Source: Octopus sinensis (taxonomy: Eukaryota). From it: a stretch of DNA of 8,559 nucleotides. The notes under the pieces are model-generated. The model searched no databases. It worked only from the letters and a program-made list of their open reading frames with translations, and had not been told where the DNA came from. The position numbers and the translations under genes are program-made. The stretch spans positions 1 to 8,559 of the forward strand of contig NW_021828384.1 in NCBI RefSeq assembly GCF_006345805.1. Direction: 5' to 3'. Positions 8,207 to 8,559 of the stretch are shown here, piece after piece; the first letter of the stretch is position 1, and each line of letters starts with the position of its first letter.

Positions 8207-8510
8207 ATATATATAACGGGAAGCTTTATGAAAATAGACAAAAGACGAAGGCAGGTGGAATACAAACAAACAATTCTATTAGTATGGCGCTCAGGAATAT
8301 AAATGAAACAAGTCTTTAACGTTCGAGCCTACGCTCTTCCACAGAAAGATTACAAGGCAAAAAACACAGAAGAGGAGAGAAAAAATATGCGGGCAGAAGC
8401 TAGCGAATCAACATGGCGATCTGATTTCGGCCAGAAGTCAAAGATCAACATGAGACGCAAGAGCGAAATTAGGGGAGATAATAGGGTTGAATGACCCCGC
8501 TCAAACATAA
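8207..8510 (-). mobile_element. Probable Penelope pseudo-LTR-derived repeat carrying a hammerhead relic
   Basis: Contains the minimal hammerhead motif and lies between a short (AT)n run and (GT)n. It resembles a recurrent octopus repeat from memory only. Boundaries are approximate. Confidence 0.5.
8313..8349 (-). ncRNA. Minimal type I hammerhead ribozyme relic (Penelope-type)
   Basis: The minus strand reads UCUUU-CUGUGGA-A-GAGC-GUAG-GCUC-GAA-CGUU-AAAGA: stem I of 5 bp, stem II of 4 bp, and a palindromic AACGUU stem III. The core departs from consensus at CUGU (expected CUGA) and GAAC (expected GAAAC). Confidence 0.65.
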
Positions 8511-8511
8511 G

Positions 8512-8559
8512 AGTGTGTGTGTGTGTGTATGAGAAGAGTGTGTGTGTGTGTGTGTGTGT
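8512..8559. repeat. (GT)n microsatellite
   Basis: Direct reading. Confidence 0.95.

Noticed and set aside
8200-8318. KCYIYNGKLYEN resembling the RT F-FNG-Y-Q motif
   Set aside because: No GxxMG or YxDD follows, and it overlaps the (AT)n edge of the hammerhead-bearing repeat.
1-8559. CRISPR array, intact tRNA or rRNA genes, intact transposase
   Set aside because: None seen. The tRNA similarity is limited to SINE heads.

Overview
AT-rich, microsatellite-laden eukaryotic intronic or intergenic DNA. The dominant SINE resembles, from memory, the octopus tRNA-derived SINEs; this is an inference and was not database-checked. No intact gene or autonomous element is present, and most ORFs in the track are microsatellite or SINE artefacts. 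Contents: three near-full-length tRNA-derived SINEs (two with apparent target-site duplications) plus two fragments; a ~650-bp RTE-like non-autonomous element on the minus strand with a structured, partly HDV-ribozyme-like 5' end; a frameshifted Penelope-like reverse-transcriptase relic (6699-~7310) followed by a degenerate sense-strand hammerhead-like motif; a second, clearer minimal type I hammerhead relic on the minus strand (8313-8349); a higher-order microsatellite repeat also present at the window start; and up to three small candidate plus-strand exons that splice in frame into an unrecognised peptide.
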